Part shown: positions 8,805 through 18,262 of the stretch, piece by piece
Numbering within the stretch: position 1 is the stretch's first letter
Layout of the letters: every line of letters starts with the position of its first letter
NCBI GenBank assembly: GCA_018064755.1
Contig: JAGHUP010000009.1
Location: 5,701 to 69,700 of the forward strand
Direction of reading: 5' to 3'
Length of the DNA stretch: 64,000 bases
DNA from: Candidatus Crickella equi
GTDB lineage: Bacteria; Bacillota; Clostridia; Peptostreptococcales; Anaerovoracaceae
Program-made: the position numbers and the translations under genes
The notes under the pieces: generated by a model
What the model was told of the DNA's origin: nothing
What the model saw: only the letters and a program-made list of their open reading frames with translations
The model's database searches: none

Positions 8805-9947
8805 TTATTTCTTCAGTTCCTTAACCGCACGTTTCAGCATTGCCTTGTCTTCATGTGCATCCTTCATCACGATATCCGGCTCAATTCCGACTTCATTAAT
8901 CTTCTTACCGCTCGGCCTGAAGAACTCCTCAATTGTTATCTTAAGAGCAGAGCCGTCCTTGAACCTTCTAGTCATCTGTGTAACGCCTTTGCCATAAGTA
9001 GTGCAACCTATCAATTTGCCGCCTTTATTATCCTTGACGGCTCCGGCTACCATCTCGCTGGCACTTGCAGAAAACTCATCTACCAAGAGAACGTACTCGA
9101 TGCCAAGCGTACTCGCATCAGACTTCTTAACAGTCTTCTCTCCCTTGGCGTTAACATATGACAACATCTCGCACTCCGGCAGTAGCATGTCCGCTATCTC
9201 ATATGCCGCATCTGTCGAGCCGCCTCCATTCTCTCTTAGGTCAATGATGATTTTGTTATAATCAGCATTCTTAAGATCCTTAACTGCCAGTCTAAATTCC
9301 TTGGCAGTGCCCTGCTTGAATCCACTAATTGCAATGTATCCAATGTGTTGTTTAGGATATAGCTCTTTATATTCAACTGACTTGTTGATGACCTTGCCAC
9401 GATTCATCACAAAGTCTTTCTTCTTACCATCCCTCTTGATAGTGAGCTTCACTTCAGTTCCATTCTCACCGGCAATTCTGTTAGTAGCATCATCAACACC
9501 ATCAACCTCGACACCATCAACAGCCACAATTATATCGCCAATCTTGAGGCCTGCTTCCTCAGCAGGAGCATCAGCCGTCACATCGCCAATAATGACTTTG
9601 CCGTTCTTCTCGCCTACCGAAATACCAATACCAACATACGACTTAGCATATTTCTTCTGGAATTGCTCGTATTCCTCAGCAGTATAGTACTCCGCATATG
9701 GATCATCGAGGCCCGCAACAACTCTCTTCAGCACCTTGTCCGTAATCTTCTGAGGATCATAATCTGCAAGAGCCTCTTCGTCAATCATAGTGATAAGCTC
9801 ATAATACTTACCGTATGCTTTGTCGAGACCTTGGTAATACTCGTTCTGAGATGGAGTTAGCAGTCTGCCACCAGTGAGCAATAGTCCTCCCACGAGCAGC
9901 ACTATGCCCACCAATATTCCAACTATGAAAGGTCTATACTTCTTCAT
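8805..9947 (-). CDS. S41 family C-terminal processing peptidase
   Basis: N-terminal TM, PDZ region (GDIIVAVDG), ENGGGS and SASASE motifs. Confidence 0.85.
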   Translation of the reverse strand: MKKYRPFIVGILVGIVLLVGGLLLTGGRLLTPSQNEYYQGLDKAYGKYYELITMIDEEALADYDPQKITDKVLKRVVAGLDDPYAEYYTAEEYEQFQKKYAKSYVGIGISVGEKNGKVIIGDVTADAPAEEAGLKIGDIIVAVDGVEVDGVDDATNRIAGENGTEVKLTIKRDGKKKDFVMNRGKVINKSVEYKELYPKQHIGYIAISGFKQGTAKEFRLAVKDLKNADYNKIIIDLRENGGGSTDAAYEIADMLLPECEMLSYVNAKGEKTVKKSDASTLGIEYVLLVDEFSASASEMVAGAVKDNKGGKLIGCTTYGKGVTQMTRRFKDGSALKITIEEFFRPSGKKINEVGIEPDIVMKDAHEDKAMLKRAVKELKK

Positions 9948-11599
9948 AATGTTCCTACCGGCAGCACATAGCTAACCACTAGCTGAACCCTGCTGGTATC
10001 TCTCCAGTTATTAATCTCTACATTTGCGAGAACATCTACCGGTTCTCCAGACTCTGCCAAAGCGTGCATCTTCTCTGCGTCGTGGAACAGTAGACAATCG
10101 ATCAGCTTGCCCTCGCTGTTACTTATCTGGAACTTCGCGTATCTATTATCGTTCTTTAGATATCTCCAGTTATTCATCTGTACTCCTCTTATCAGGAATA
10201 CAGGAGTTTCATTGTTCTTTCCACATGGTTCCAGCAGTTCAACTGCATTCGCCAGTTCCATTGTAATCTCATCTGCTGTTATCTCAGCATCATATTTATA
10301 CTCAACATCCAGAATATGTGAGTCGGCCTTAAGCATCTCAGCAATATCCGCATTGAGATTAGTTCTCAGCATCTCAATCTTAGTTTCGCTGATAGTAAAT
10401 CCACAGGCAGCCTCATGACCACCGAATGAAATGAACTCTTCCCTATACTTGTCCAACATCTCGAAGAGATTAACTGTTCCAATGGATCTACCTGTTCCCT
10501 TATAGAACTCGCCATTCTTGCTGATTACAACAACCGGTCTATTGATGGTCTCTCGAACTTTACCGGCAACAATACCGAGTACGCCCTCATGTGAGTCGTT
10601 GATCTCAAGGATAACAAAATCACCTCTCGCCATCTCCTCATCCAGAATTTTAAGACCTTTCTCGTATGCAGTATCCTGGAGTGAGCGACGCTCCTGATTG
10701 GCTTCAATCAGAAGATTGCAGTATTTCTCAATTTCATCAGGGTCTTCAGCAAGGAACAATTTAACTCCGAGCGTCGCGTCGCCAAGTCTTCCTGATGCAT
10801 TAATCTTAGGTGCAATACCGAATGAAATATCTGAAGCCTTAAGTGTCTTGTAGTCAAGTCCTGAAAGTTCGATGAGTCTTCTAAGACCCTTATTCTTGCA
10901 TCCAAGATGAATGAATCTAAGACCGCACTTAACGATGGTTCTGTTTTCTCCAAGCAGAGACATAATATCTGCAATAGTTCCGATAGTAACCAACTCAAGA
11001 ATCTCAGCCATAATGCTCTTCGGAATCTCGCGTTCTCTCGCGATAGCAAGTGCCACTTTGTAGGCAACGCCAACGCCGGCGAGCTCTGCGAACGGATACT
11101 GATCCTCAGGAAGCCATGGGTTGATGATAACACCCTCAGCTCTAATGTCCGAAACATTATGATGATCTGTTACGAGAGTCTCAATGCCCAGTGAATGTGC
11201 ATATGCTGTTTCTTCCTTACTAACAGAACCGCAGTCGACTGTAACGATGAATTCGCCGCCATCTTCATTAATTCTATCAATTGATTCGGTGTGGAGGCCG
11301 TAGCCCTCATCCAATCTTGAAGGAATGTAATATGTGACATTATCAGTTAGAGAACCAATGACCTTCATAAGAAGAGATGTAGACGTGATTCCGTCAACAT
11401 CATAGTCACCATAAATTACAATCTTCTTGCCATCATCAATCGCACTAAGCAGCAAATCCACTCCTTCTCTCATATACTTGAGTCGGAATGGATCATATGC
11501 AAGACGAGGTGTAGGAGAGAAGAACTCCTCATAGTCTTTCTCTCCTATGCCTCTCGATCTCAATATTTCAATTATTGCTGATGGCAATTCCTTATACAT
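9944..11599 (-). CDS. recJ: single-stranded-DNA-specific exonuclease RecJ
   Basis: DHH family motifs (GDYDVDG, VTDHHN, GGHEAACG). Confidence 0.9.
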   Translation of the reverse strand: MYKELPSAIIEILRSRGIGEKDYEEFFSPTPRLAYDPFRLKYMREGVDLLLSAIDDGKKIVIYGDYDVDGITSTSLLMKVIGSLTDNVTYYIPSRLDEGYGLHTESIDRINEDGGEFIVTVDCGSVSKEETAYAHSLGIETLVTDHHNVSDIRAEGVIINPWLPEDQYPFAELAGVGVAYKVALAIAREREIPKSIMAEILELVTIGTIADIMSLLGENRTIVKCGLRFIHLGCKNKGLRRLIELSGLDYKTLKASDISFGIAPKINASGRLGDATLGVKLFLAEDPDEIEKYCNLLIEANQERRSLQDTAYEKGLKILDEEMARGDFVILEINDSHEGVLGIVAGKVRETINRPVVVISKNGEFYKGTGRSIGTVNLFEMLDKYREEFISFGGHEAACGFTISETKIEMLRTNLNADIAEMLKADSHILDVEYKYDAEITADEITMELANAVELLEPCGKNNETPVFLIRGVQMNNWRYLKNDNRYAKFQISNSEGKLIDCLLFHDAEKMHALAESGEPVDVLANVEINNWRDTSRVQLVVSYVLPVGTL

Positions 11600-11607
11600 T
11601 AACGCCC

Positions 11608-12660
11608 CTAATACAATGAATATGGATTGATGGCTGAGCCATTCTTAAATACTGTAAAGTGGAGGTGTGGTCCTGTTGAGTTACCAGTGCTACCTGTATA
11701 ACCGAGGACTGTACCTCTTGTAACGAACTGTCCTGATCTGCAGGAAATCTTGCTAAGATGTCCATACAGAGCAGAGATTCCATTACCACAAGTGATTACT
11801 ACGCAGTTACCGTATCCGCCATACCACTCAGCTCTTGTAACCATCGCATCTGCGATAGCATAAATAGGACATCCTGTTGATGCTGTAATATCCAAGCCAT
11901 CATGGAATTCCTTGCCGTGGAATGGGCAAATTCTCCAACCATATCCGTCAGAAATATTGGATGTAGTTGTAGGCCAAGCGTAATTCTTAGTGTTAATCTT
12001 ACCGCCGTTTCTCTTGATTAAATCTTCTGCGGCGCCGCCGTTAGCGGCAGCTTCTGCAGCGAGAGCCTGGGATTCAGCTAAGAGCTGTTCTTCCTTTCTC
12101 TTCCACTCGTCAGCTTCCTTCTGGAATTTCTTCTTAAGTTCTGCGGTATACTCCTTGTCTGCCTCGAGCTGAACTTCCTGATCCTCGAGCTTGTTCTCGA
12201 GTTTCTTAAGTTTCTTGTGCTCTTTCTCGAGACCTCTCAGCATATCCTGATCGCTCTCTAAGATTTTCTGTACCATATTAAGATTGGAAATCAGTTCAGG
12301 AATTCCCTCTGAGGACAAGATTACGTCAATGTATCCAACGTTACCGGTCTTATCCATTGCAACAAGTCTATCGCCGAGGTCCTCTTCCTGCTGGTTGATT
12401 TCCTTTTTCTTCTTCTTGATATCCTTGCCAGTCTTCTCAATCTTTACCTGAGTTGCCTCAATCTCCGCCTGCAGCTCATGCATCTTTTCTTCAGCGTCCT
12501 TAAATTTAGCTGTAGCTGCAGCCGCTTTCTTCGCAGCTTCCTTAGCGTCCTTCATTTTGGAGGCAGCAGTTGCCTTACCGAATGATACGCAAAATGAAGT
12601 CGCAAGCAAAGCGATGATCATAATGGCAGTGATTAAAATGTTAAATTTGCGATTGCGCAT
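11608..12660 (-). CDS. M23 family peptidoglycan metalloendopeptidase with coiled-coil N-terminus (EnvC-like)
   Basis: Signal/TM segment, long Lys/Glu coiled coil, HDGLDI and GPHLHF motifs. Located downstream of ftsEX. Confidence 0.85.
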   Translation of the reverse strand: MRNRKFNILITAIMIIALLATSFCVSFGKATAASKMKDAKEAAKKAAAATAKFKDAEEKMHELQAEIEATQVKIEKTGKDIKKKKKEINQQEEDLGDRLVAMDKTGNVGYIDVILSSEGIPELISNLNMVQKILESDQDMLRGLEKEHKKLKKLENKLEDQEVQLEADKEYTAELKKKFQKEADEWKRKEEQLLAESQALAAEAAANGGAAEDLIKRNGGKINTKNYAWPTTTSNISDGYGWRICPFHGKEFHDGLDITASTGCPIYAIADAMVTRAEWYGGYGNCVVITCGNGISALYGHLSKISCRSGQFVTRGTVLGYTGSTGNSTGPHLHFTVFKNGSAINPYSLY

Positions 12661-12669
12661 ATAATCTCC

Positions 12670-13560
12670 TTACTTTCTGAGGAATCTTGCTATGGAAATG
12701 AAACTTCCGATAATACCAATTCCAACTCCCAATCCCGCAAATGTTGCGAGAATGAATCCAACCAAATCCATTGCTGGTACCAGTGATACCGATACAATCT
12801 TAGCAATGTCTGTTCCGAGAACTTCAATTATCTTGGTGTAGATGAAATATATCAGACCTGTTGAAATCAGCGCAGAGAACAGACCGATGAACATACCACT
12901 CAGTACGAATGGTGCACGTACAAAGCTATCTGTAGCTCCGAGGTATTTCATAATTCCGATTTCTTTGGCCTTGTTGAATACTGTCAGCTTGATAGTATTA
13001 GCGACGATGATAATTGATACGACTACGAGGAAGATCATGCATACCATTGAACCTACCTCGATGAAGTGTGTTACTTTGGCCAGTTTGTCAATTGTATCCT
13101 GGTAGAATACTACATCATCGACGCCTGTAATACTTGATGCCTGATTGGCAACGGTGCTAGCTGAATCCTTGTCATTTACATATACCATGAATGAATCCGG
13201 CAGAGGATTCGTCTTGAGGTTATCCAGCAGATAAGCATTATCGCCCCATCTTTCCTTCAGATTCTGGAGTGCCTGATCCTTGCTGACAAACTCCAGTGAA
13301 TCAACGCCTGTGATTGCTTGAAGCTGCTGCTGAACTTCTTGATTGGCTACATCATCGTTCTTCTCGCCCATGTAGACCTGAATGACATTGTAGTCTTTCT
13401 CGATCTCCTGAGTGAACATGTTGACGTTAACGAATGCAACGAAGAACAGTCCCAAGATTAGCATCATTGCTGTCATTGCGGCGATAGTTGTGAAATACAT
13501 TCCCTTGTTACGCCACATCTGTGAGAAGGACTCTTTAATGGAATAAGTAACTCTAGACAT
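12670..13560 (-). CDS. ftsX: cell division permease-like protein FtsX
   Basis: Four-TM FtsX layout. Start moved to MSRVTYSIKESF (ATG 13560), overlapping the ftsE stop by 8 nt. The track's longer N-terminus would overlap ftsE by 92 nt. Confidence 0.85.
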   Translation of the reverse strand: MSRVTYSIKESFSQMWRNKGMYFTTIAAMTAMMLILGLFFVAFVNVNMFTQEIEKDYNVIQVYMGEKNDDVANQEVQQQLQAITGVDSLEFVSKDQALQNLKERWGDNAYLLDNLKTNPLPDSFMVYVNDKDSASTVANQASSITGVDDVVFYQDTIDKLAKVTHFIEVGSMVCMIFLVVVSIIIVANTIKLTVFNKAKEIGIMKYLGATDSFVRAPFVLSGMFIGLFSALISTGLIYFIYTKIIEVLGTDIAKIVSVSLVPAMDLVGFILATFAGLGVGIGIIGSFISIARFLRK

Positions 13561-14326
13561 ACTTTTCCACCTCCTCCAGATAGTCGAAGGAAAGACCTTC
13601 ATCATATGAAGACAGATTGCCGTGTGAGAAGTTCTTAACTTCATCTTCCTGAATAAATCCGTAAGCGCCTTCCTCGTCTCTTACAATTCTGCCGTTCTCA
13701 ATCGCAACTACCCTCTTGCCCATTCTATCTACGATGTCCTTAGCATGAGTTACCATTACGATTGTAGTTCCTCTTATATTAATCTGCTCGAGGAGCTTCA
13801 TAATATCCATTGCTGTTACTGGGTCCAAGTTTCCAGTTGGCTCATCGCAAATCAAAACTCTAGGCTGATTAGCGATAGCTCTAGCGATACCAACACGCTG
13901 TTGCTCTCCTGCGGAAAGCTCGTGTGGATAGCGATCTGCTTTATCTGCAATGTCTACGAGATTAAGAACATAAGGAACTCTTTCAGCGATTTCCTTCTTG
14001 CTCTTGTGTACTACTTCCATAGCAAATGCTACGTTCTCGTATACAGTCTTCTTCTCCAGCAGTCTGAAGTCCTGGAACACCATTCCAATCTTCTGACGAA
14101 GATGCGGTATTTCTCTTCTCTTAAGATGTGTGATATCCTTGCCAGCAACAGTGATAGTACCGCTGTCTGGTTCAAGTTCCTTCAAGATAAGTCTAATGAA
14201 GGTTGTCTTGCCGGCACCACTTGGTCCTACTAGGAATACGAAATCTCCGCGATGAATGTGAACAGTCGCGTTATTGAGTCCCGTATTGCCGCCATAATTC
14301 TTGGTTACGTTATCAAATTCAATCAT
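13553..14326 (-). CDS. ftsE: cell division ATP-binding protein FtsE
   Basis: MIEFDNVTKNY start with upstream AAAGG, Walker A GPSGAGKTT, signature LSAGEQQRV, Walker B ICDEPTGNLD. Confidence 0.9.
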   Translation of the reverse strand: MIEFDNVTKNYGGNTGLNNATVHIHRGDFVFLVGPSGAGKTTFIRLILKELEPDSGTITVAGKDITHLKRREIPHLRQKIGMVFQDFRLLEKKTVYENVAFAMEVVHKSKKEIAERVPYVLNLVDIADKADRYPHELSAGEQQRVGIARAIANQPRVLICDEPTGNLDPVTAMDIMKLLEQINIRGTTIVMVTHAKDIVDRMGKRVVAIENGRIVRDEEGAYGFIQEDEVKNFSHGNLSSYDEGLSFDYLEEVEKYV

Positions 14327-14414
14327 TATTATACCTTTCGTTCCACGAAGAGCGGAACACTTCAATATATACTTATACAGTATTCATTATACTACAATAT
14401 ATTGTGAATATCAA

Positions 14415-14459
14415 AAGAAAAAAGGGGCTAACAGTTACATAACTGTTAGCCCCTTTTTT
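14415..14459 (-). terminator. bidirectional rho-independent terminator
   Basis: AAAAAAGGGGCTAACAGTT-ACAT-AACTGTTAGCCCCTTTTTT: a perfect 15-bp stem flanked by A and T runs. Confidence 0.9.
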
Positions 14460-14468
14460 ATTAATCTT

Positions 14469-15194
14469 CTATACTAGCACTTTAGATAAGAAATCTTGTG
14501 TTCTTGGCTGCTGAGGGTTACCAATTACATCCTTAGGTGCACCCTCTTCAACGATGTATCCGCCATCCATGAAGATAACCTTGTCAGCTACTTCCTTAGC
14601 GAATCCCATCTCGTGAGTAACTACTATCATAGTCATTCCTTCGTTAGCCAGAGCCTTCATTACATCCAGTACCTCTCCTACCATCTCAGGGTCAAGAGCT
14701 GATGTTGGCTCATCGAACAGGATAACCTCCGGATCCATCGCCAGAGCTCTCGCAATAGCTACACGCTGCTGCTGGCCACCGGAAAGGTTGCGAGGGAATT
14801 CGTTCGCTTTGTCGGAAAGACCAACTCTCTTCAGGAGCTTGTGAGCCTTCTTCTCCGCTTCTTCCTGCTTAACACCCTTAACGTTCATAGGTCCGATTGT
14901 CAGGTTCTCAAGAACTGACTTGTGTGGGAAGAGGTTGAATGACTGGAATACCATTCCCATCTTAGTTCTAATCTTATCGATGTTCTCTTCTGTGATCAGC
15001 TCACCGTCGAGATAAATCTCGCCTGCAGTAGGCTTCTCGAGATGGTTGATGCAACGAATCATTGTTGATTTTCCAGAACCGGAAGGTCCGATAATGCACA
15101 GCACTTCGCCCTTTTCAACATCCTGGTCAATGCCCTTCAGAACTTCGAGGTCGCCAAAGCTCTTCTTTAATCCTTTTACTTCGATCATGCTCAT
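14469..15194 (-). CDS. amino-acid ABC transporter ATP-binding protein
   Basis: [29 protein letters not shown]. GlnQ/ArtP-like. Confidence 0.9.
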   Translation of the reverse strand: MSMIEVKGLKKSFGDLEVLKGIDQDVEKGEVLCIIGPSGSGKSTMIRCINHLEKPTAGEIYLDGELITEENIDKIRTKMGMVFQSFNLFPHKSVLENLTIGPMNVKGVKQEEAEKKAHKLLKRVGLSDKANEFPRNLSGGQQQRVAIARALAMDPEVILFDEPTSALDPEMVGEVLDVMKALANEGMTMIVVTHEMGFAKEVADKVIFMDGGYIVEEGAPKDVIGNPQQPRTQDFLSKVLV

Positions 15195-15868
15195 TATCTT
15201 GCAGCCTCCTTCTTAGACATCTTTCTCTCATATCCGTTGATAATCTTGGACAGAGGAATTGTGAGAATCATATAAGCGATAGCTACACCGATATATGCAG
15301 GGAAAGTCTCGAAGGAACTTGAGTTCCAGAGCTGTCCGTGACGCAGGATTTCTACTACACCTACATAACCGAGTACTGATGTTTCCTTAATGAGAGTTAC
15401 GAACTCGTTGCAGAATGCAGGCAGGATGATTCTGATTGCCTGTGGAATGATGATGAGTTTCATTGCCATACCCTTGCTCATTCCGAGTGATCTTGCAGCC
15501 TCCATCTGGCCCTTATCTACAGCCTGAATTCCTGATCTAATTACCTCAGACATATATGCAGCTGAGTTGCATCCACATACGATGATTGCAGGGATTACAA
15601 GGTCAGGCCATTTGAATCCAGAACCCATTGATTGGAGGAGCTGTGGCACACCATACGCCATAACCAGTGCCTGTACCAGCATTGGTGTTCCTCTTACTAC
15701 ATCTACATAAACCTTCGCAATATAGTGCAGAGGTTTGTTTGCTGATTGGTTGCAAAGTGCGACTACAAGACCGAATCCTGCACCGATGACGATTGCCACC
15801 AAGCTTACCCAAATTGTTGTTGGAATTCCCTGACATGCAATCAGAAAACCCTTTAAATATACAGCCAT
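15194..15868 (-). CDS. amino-acid ABC transporter permease
   Basis: His/Glu/Gln/Arg-type permease with EAA-like loop ([22 protein letters not shown]). Confidence 0.9.
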   Translation of the reverse strand: MAVYLKGFLIACQGIPTTIWVSLVAIVIGAGFGLVVALCNQSANKPLHYIAKVYVDVVRGTPMLVQALVMAYGVPQLLQSMGSGFKWPDLVIPAIIVCGCNSAAYMSEVIRSGIQAVDKGQMEAARSLGMSKGMAMKLIIIPQAIRIILPAFCNEFVTLIKETSVLGYVGVVEILRHGQLWNSSSFETFPAYIGVAIAYMILTIPLSKIINGYERKMSKKEAAR

Positions 15869-15892
15869 TAATTATCTCCTTACACGCAGACA

Positions 15893-15918
15893 ATCGATGC
15901 CACATCGATGGCATCGAT
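15893..15918 (-). other. intercistronic stem-loop between binding-protein and permease genes
   Basis: ATCGATGCCA-6 nt-TGGCATCGAT, a perfect 10-bp stem with no T run. Confidence 0.4.
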
Positions 15919-15986
15919 CATCAGCAGTTTTTGTTTATTTAACTATATCGAATGGAAGCCTATGTCTCTCCCCTTTTTCATACATT

Positions 15987-16766
15987 CTAGCTAAACCACT
16001 TAGCTACGAGTTCGTCGTATGTTCCATTCTCCTTGATGTTAGCTAATCCAGCGTTCAGCTTGTCGAGCAGCTCAGTGTTGCCCTTCTTTACAGCGAATGC
16101 ATATTCTTCGTGATCGCCGAACTTCTCGCCTGCGAACTTAGCCTTGTCGCTATTGCTGTTGAGGTAAGCCTCTCCTACTGGCTTATCTACAATTACGCCC
16201 TGAACGTCGCCGTTCTGGAGCTGCAGGTAGCAGTCAGTCCACTGATTCAGAACTACGCCCTGTGCAATCTTTCCTTCTTCCTGAAGTGCCTGAACATAGT
16301 CACCACCAGTTGTTCCGAGCTGTGAAGCGAGCTTCATCTCTGAAGTTACAGCATCGATTCCAGCGAGGTCGCTGTCAGCCTTAACGAGGAGCATCAGATC
16401 TGACTCGAAGTAAGTTTCACCAAAGTCAGCCTTTTCCATTCTGTCACCAGACAGCTTGTTCATTCCGGCACAGATGATGTCGCCCTGATCTGACTGAAGT
16501 GCAGGAATCAGTGAATCGAACTCGAGGTTAACCCACTCAAGAGTGAGGCCCTGGTCCTCAGCAATTGCAGCCATCATGTCAACGTCGAATCCGATGATTT
16601 CCTCTGATCCATCTTCAGTTGACTCGAATGGTGCGAAAGTAGCTTCTGTAACAACCTTCAGTGCTTCAGCGCTCTCATCACTTGAACCACCGCAGGATGT
16701 CATTGCCAGTGTAAATGTTCCAATCATTGCTACGATAAGCAGCATTACTAACGATTTCTTCTTCAT
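15987..16766 (-). CDS. amino-acid ABC transporter substrate-binding lipoprotein
   Basis: Lipobox LAMTSC, type-2 periplasmic binding protein pattern. Confidence 0.85.
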   Translation of the reverse strand: MKKKSLVMLLIVAMIGTFTLAMTSCGGSSDESAEALKVVTEATFAPFESTEDGSEEIIGFDVDMMAAIAEDQGLTLEWVNLEFDSLIPALQSDQGDIICAGMNKLSGDRMEKADFGETYFESDLMLLVKADSDLAGIDAVTSEMKLASQLGTTGGDYVQALQEEGKIAQGVVLNQWTDCYLQLQNGDVQGVIVDKPVGEAYLNSNSDKAKFAGEKFGDHEEYAFAVKKGNTELLDKLNAGLANIKENGTYDELVAKWFS

Positions 16767-16830
16767 TGTTGTTCTCCTTAGTTACCTTAGTTAATAGCCT
16801 TTCGGCAAGTGTTTTCTTTTGACAATCAAG

Positions 16831-16859
16831 ATAATACCACCCGCAATAACCGAATGCAA
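16831..16859 (-). promoter_or_regulatory. sigma-A type promoter of the ABC transporter operon
   Basis: Reverse strand TTGCAT-17 nt-TATTAT, ~65 nt upstream of the start codon. Confidence 0.5.
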
Positions 16860-16991
16860 CACTTTTTTGCAATTTTTTACATTTTTTTGCATATTTATAC
16901 ATTTGCTGTAATTCCCATTTCCTTGTAATTTAGGAAATCTTGCAAAATGCACGTGCATTCTTTGTGTATATTTTTTCACTTTCACCTAATC

Positions 16992-17831
16992 TTACTCACA
17001 GAACAAGGCACGAAGCACCCTTCTTATTTTATTAGAATCGATAATACCCTCTTCATTGTCCATAAACGCCCACAGATTCTGTCCCAATACATATCCCTCA
17101 CTGAAGAATTCATCCAGCCTTGGATTGTTGTTCTCTCTATATTCAGCATCACTATACATTCCCATATACTCAATCGTGATAACTTCATGTGTCTTAGGGT
17201 GCAATACTGTAAAGTCTGGCCATCTCAATTTCCCGGCAATCTGCTTCGGCCATTCATAGACATAGGTCAGCCCCAATTCGTCCAAAGTATTTCCAACTAT
17301 TATCTCACCTCGGGTCCTCATCATTTCGCCGCTTGCGGATCTCAATACCAGTCTGTCTGGGTAGGGTCTATATCGCTCTAATCTCTCACGTTCCGCAAGT
17401 CCCTCTCTACGCCACTTGCTTGCACTCGAATTCTTGAATAGACTTTGCCCCACATCCGGATTGCTCGAATACGCCTTGCCGGATTCTGCAACCACAGTTT
17501 CCGGATCAATCGACTTATACTTCTCAAGCGCATCCTCCAGTGCCTTTATATTCCCTGTGCAATTCTTTAGTGCCCGCTCCAGATAATGCCTCTCCTGTAA
17601 AGCTTTCACCGCAGGCCTTGTTGCATCGCCGATGTATTTCCGCTTCTCCTTCTTATTTTTCGTCTTGTCCGTTGATGTCAGATAATAATACAGCCTTCCC
17701 TTACTTGTTCGCACCGACAGATAGTATCCATCCCAACGCTCATATTTCTTCAGCTGATGCTCAATCTTCTTTTTCGTCTTTTGCTGGAATTCCAGATCCC
17801 GGCGCATCGCCTCTTCCGATGTGATAATCAT
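16992..17831 (-). CDS. hypothetical protein with C-terminal Vsr/DUF559-like (PD-(D/E)xK-type) endonuclease-fold region
   Basis: Good SD (GGAGGG). The C-terminus ..RTRGEIIVGNTLDELGL..LRWPDFTVLHPKTHEVITIEYMG.. resembles the E..DF..IE.DG layout of DUF559/DUF2726/TnsA-N type nucleases. The N-terminal half is not recognised. Confidence 0.35.
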   Translation of the reverse strand: MIITSEEAMRRDLEFQQKTKKKIEHQLKKYERWDGYYLSVRTSKGRLYYYLTSTDKTKNKKEKRKYIGDATRPAVKALQERHYLERALKNCTGNIKALEDALEKYKSIDPETVVAESGKAYSSNPDVGQSLFKNSSASKWRREGLAERERLERYRPYPDRLVLRSASGEMMRTRGEIIVGNTLDELGLTYVYEWPKQIAGKLRWPDFTVLHPKTHEVITIEYMGMYSDAEYRENNNPRLDEFFSEGYVLGQNLWAFMDNEEGIIDSNKIRRVLRALFCE

Positions 17832-17994
17832 ATATGCCCTCCATTCATACTTCTTGAAGAATTATCATATTTGCCTCCTCTTTTGTTGCTCATGAACGCA
17901 TACTATGATGTATAACAAATAAAAACAAACGATTCTAAACCGATATCCTACATTATTTAACCGAATTTCAAAAATACAATTCAGTACAAAATTT

Positions 17995-18208
17995 CAGTTA
18001 GTTCGGTTTCCTCCAAAACCGTCTCGACCAAACTAACTTTTTTGACTACTCGCAACCTTTACGACGCGCAGTTAGTTCGAACTCCGCATATCATAATGTT
18101 ATCGAACTAACTGCGCGAAGGTAATCAGCGCCTGTGCGCAGTTTTGTGCTAAGAAAAGAAGAAAAGTTAGTTCGGATTGGCCCTCATACCGGCAGGCCGA
18201 ACTAACTT
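17995..18208. repeat. three hairpin-forming inverted repeats sharing the core AGTTAGTTCG / CGAACTAACT
   Basis: Unit 1 is 17995-18038 (one mismatch, followed by TTTTTT). Unit 2 is 18065-18117 (perfect 16-bp arms). Unit 3 is 18164-18208 (12-bp arms). In every unit the 10-nt cores are separated by exactly 23 nt of unrelated sequence. Confidence 0.8.
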
Positions 18209-18232
18209 CTCGTATCAAAATTATTTCAACTG

Positions 18233-18260
18233 AAAAAGGTGGTCTCAATGACCACCTTTA
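18233..18260 (-). terminator. rho-independent terminator after transketolase
   Basis: Reverse strand AAAGGTGGTC-ATTG-AGACCACCTTT followed by TTTC. Confidence 0.8.
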
Positions 18261-18262
18261 AC

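Noticed and set aside
13553-14365. Longer N-terminal extensions offered by the track for ftsE, ftsX, ligA, pcrA, gdhA, hipB, comEB, ybaK-like, the lipase-like gene and the HEPN/REase gene.
   Set aside because: Internal ATGs preceded by good SD sequences give N-termini that match the family starts and remove large overlaps with upstream genes. At least one track start (34642) is a TTG.
17995-18208. Interpretation of the three hairpins as integron attC sites or as a CRISPR-like array.
   Set aside because: The arm order and sequence do not fit RYYYAAC..GTTRRRY and there is no integron integrase. The units are inverted rather than direct repeats, their spacing is irregular (74 and 95 nt), and no cas genes are present.
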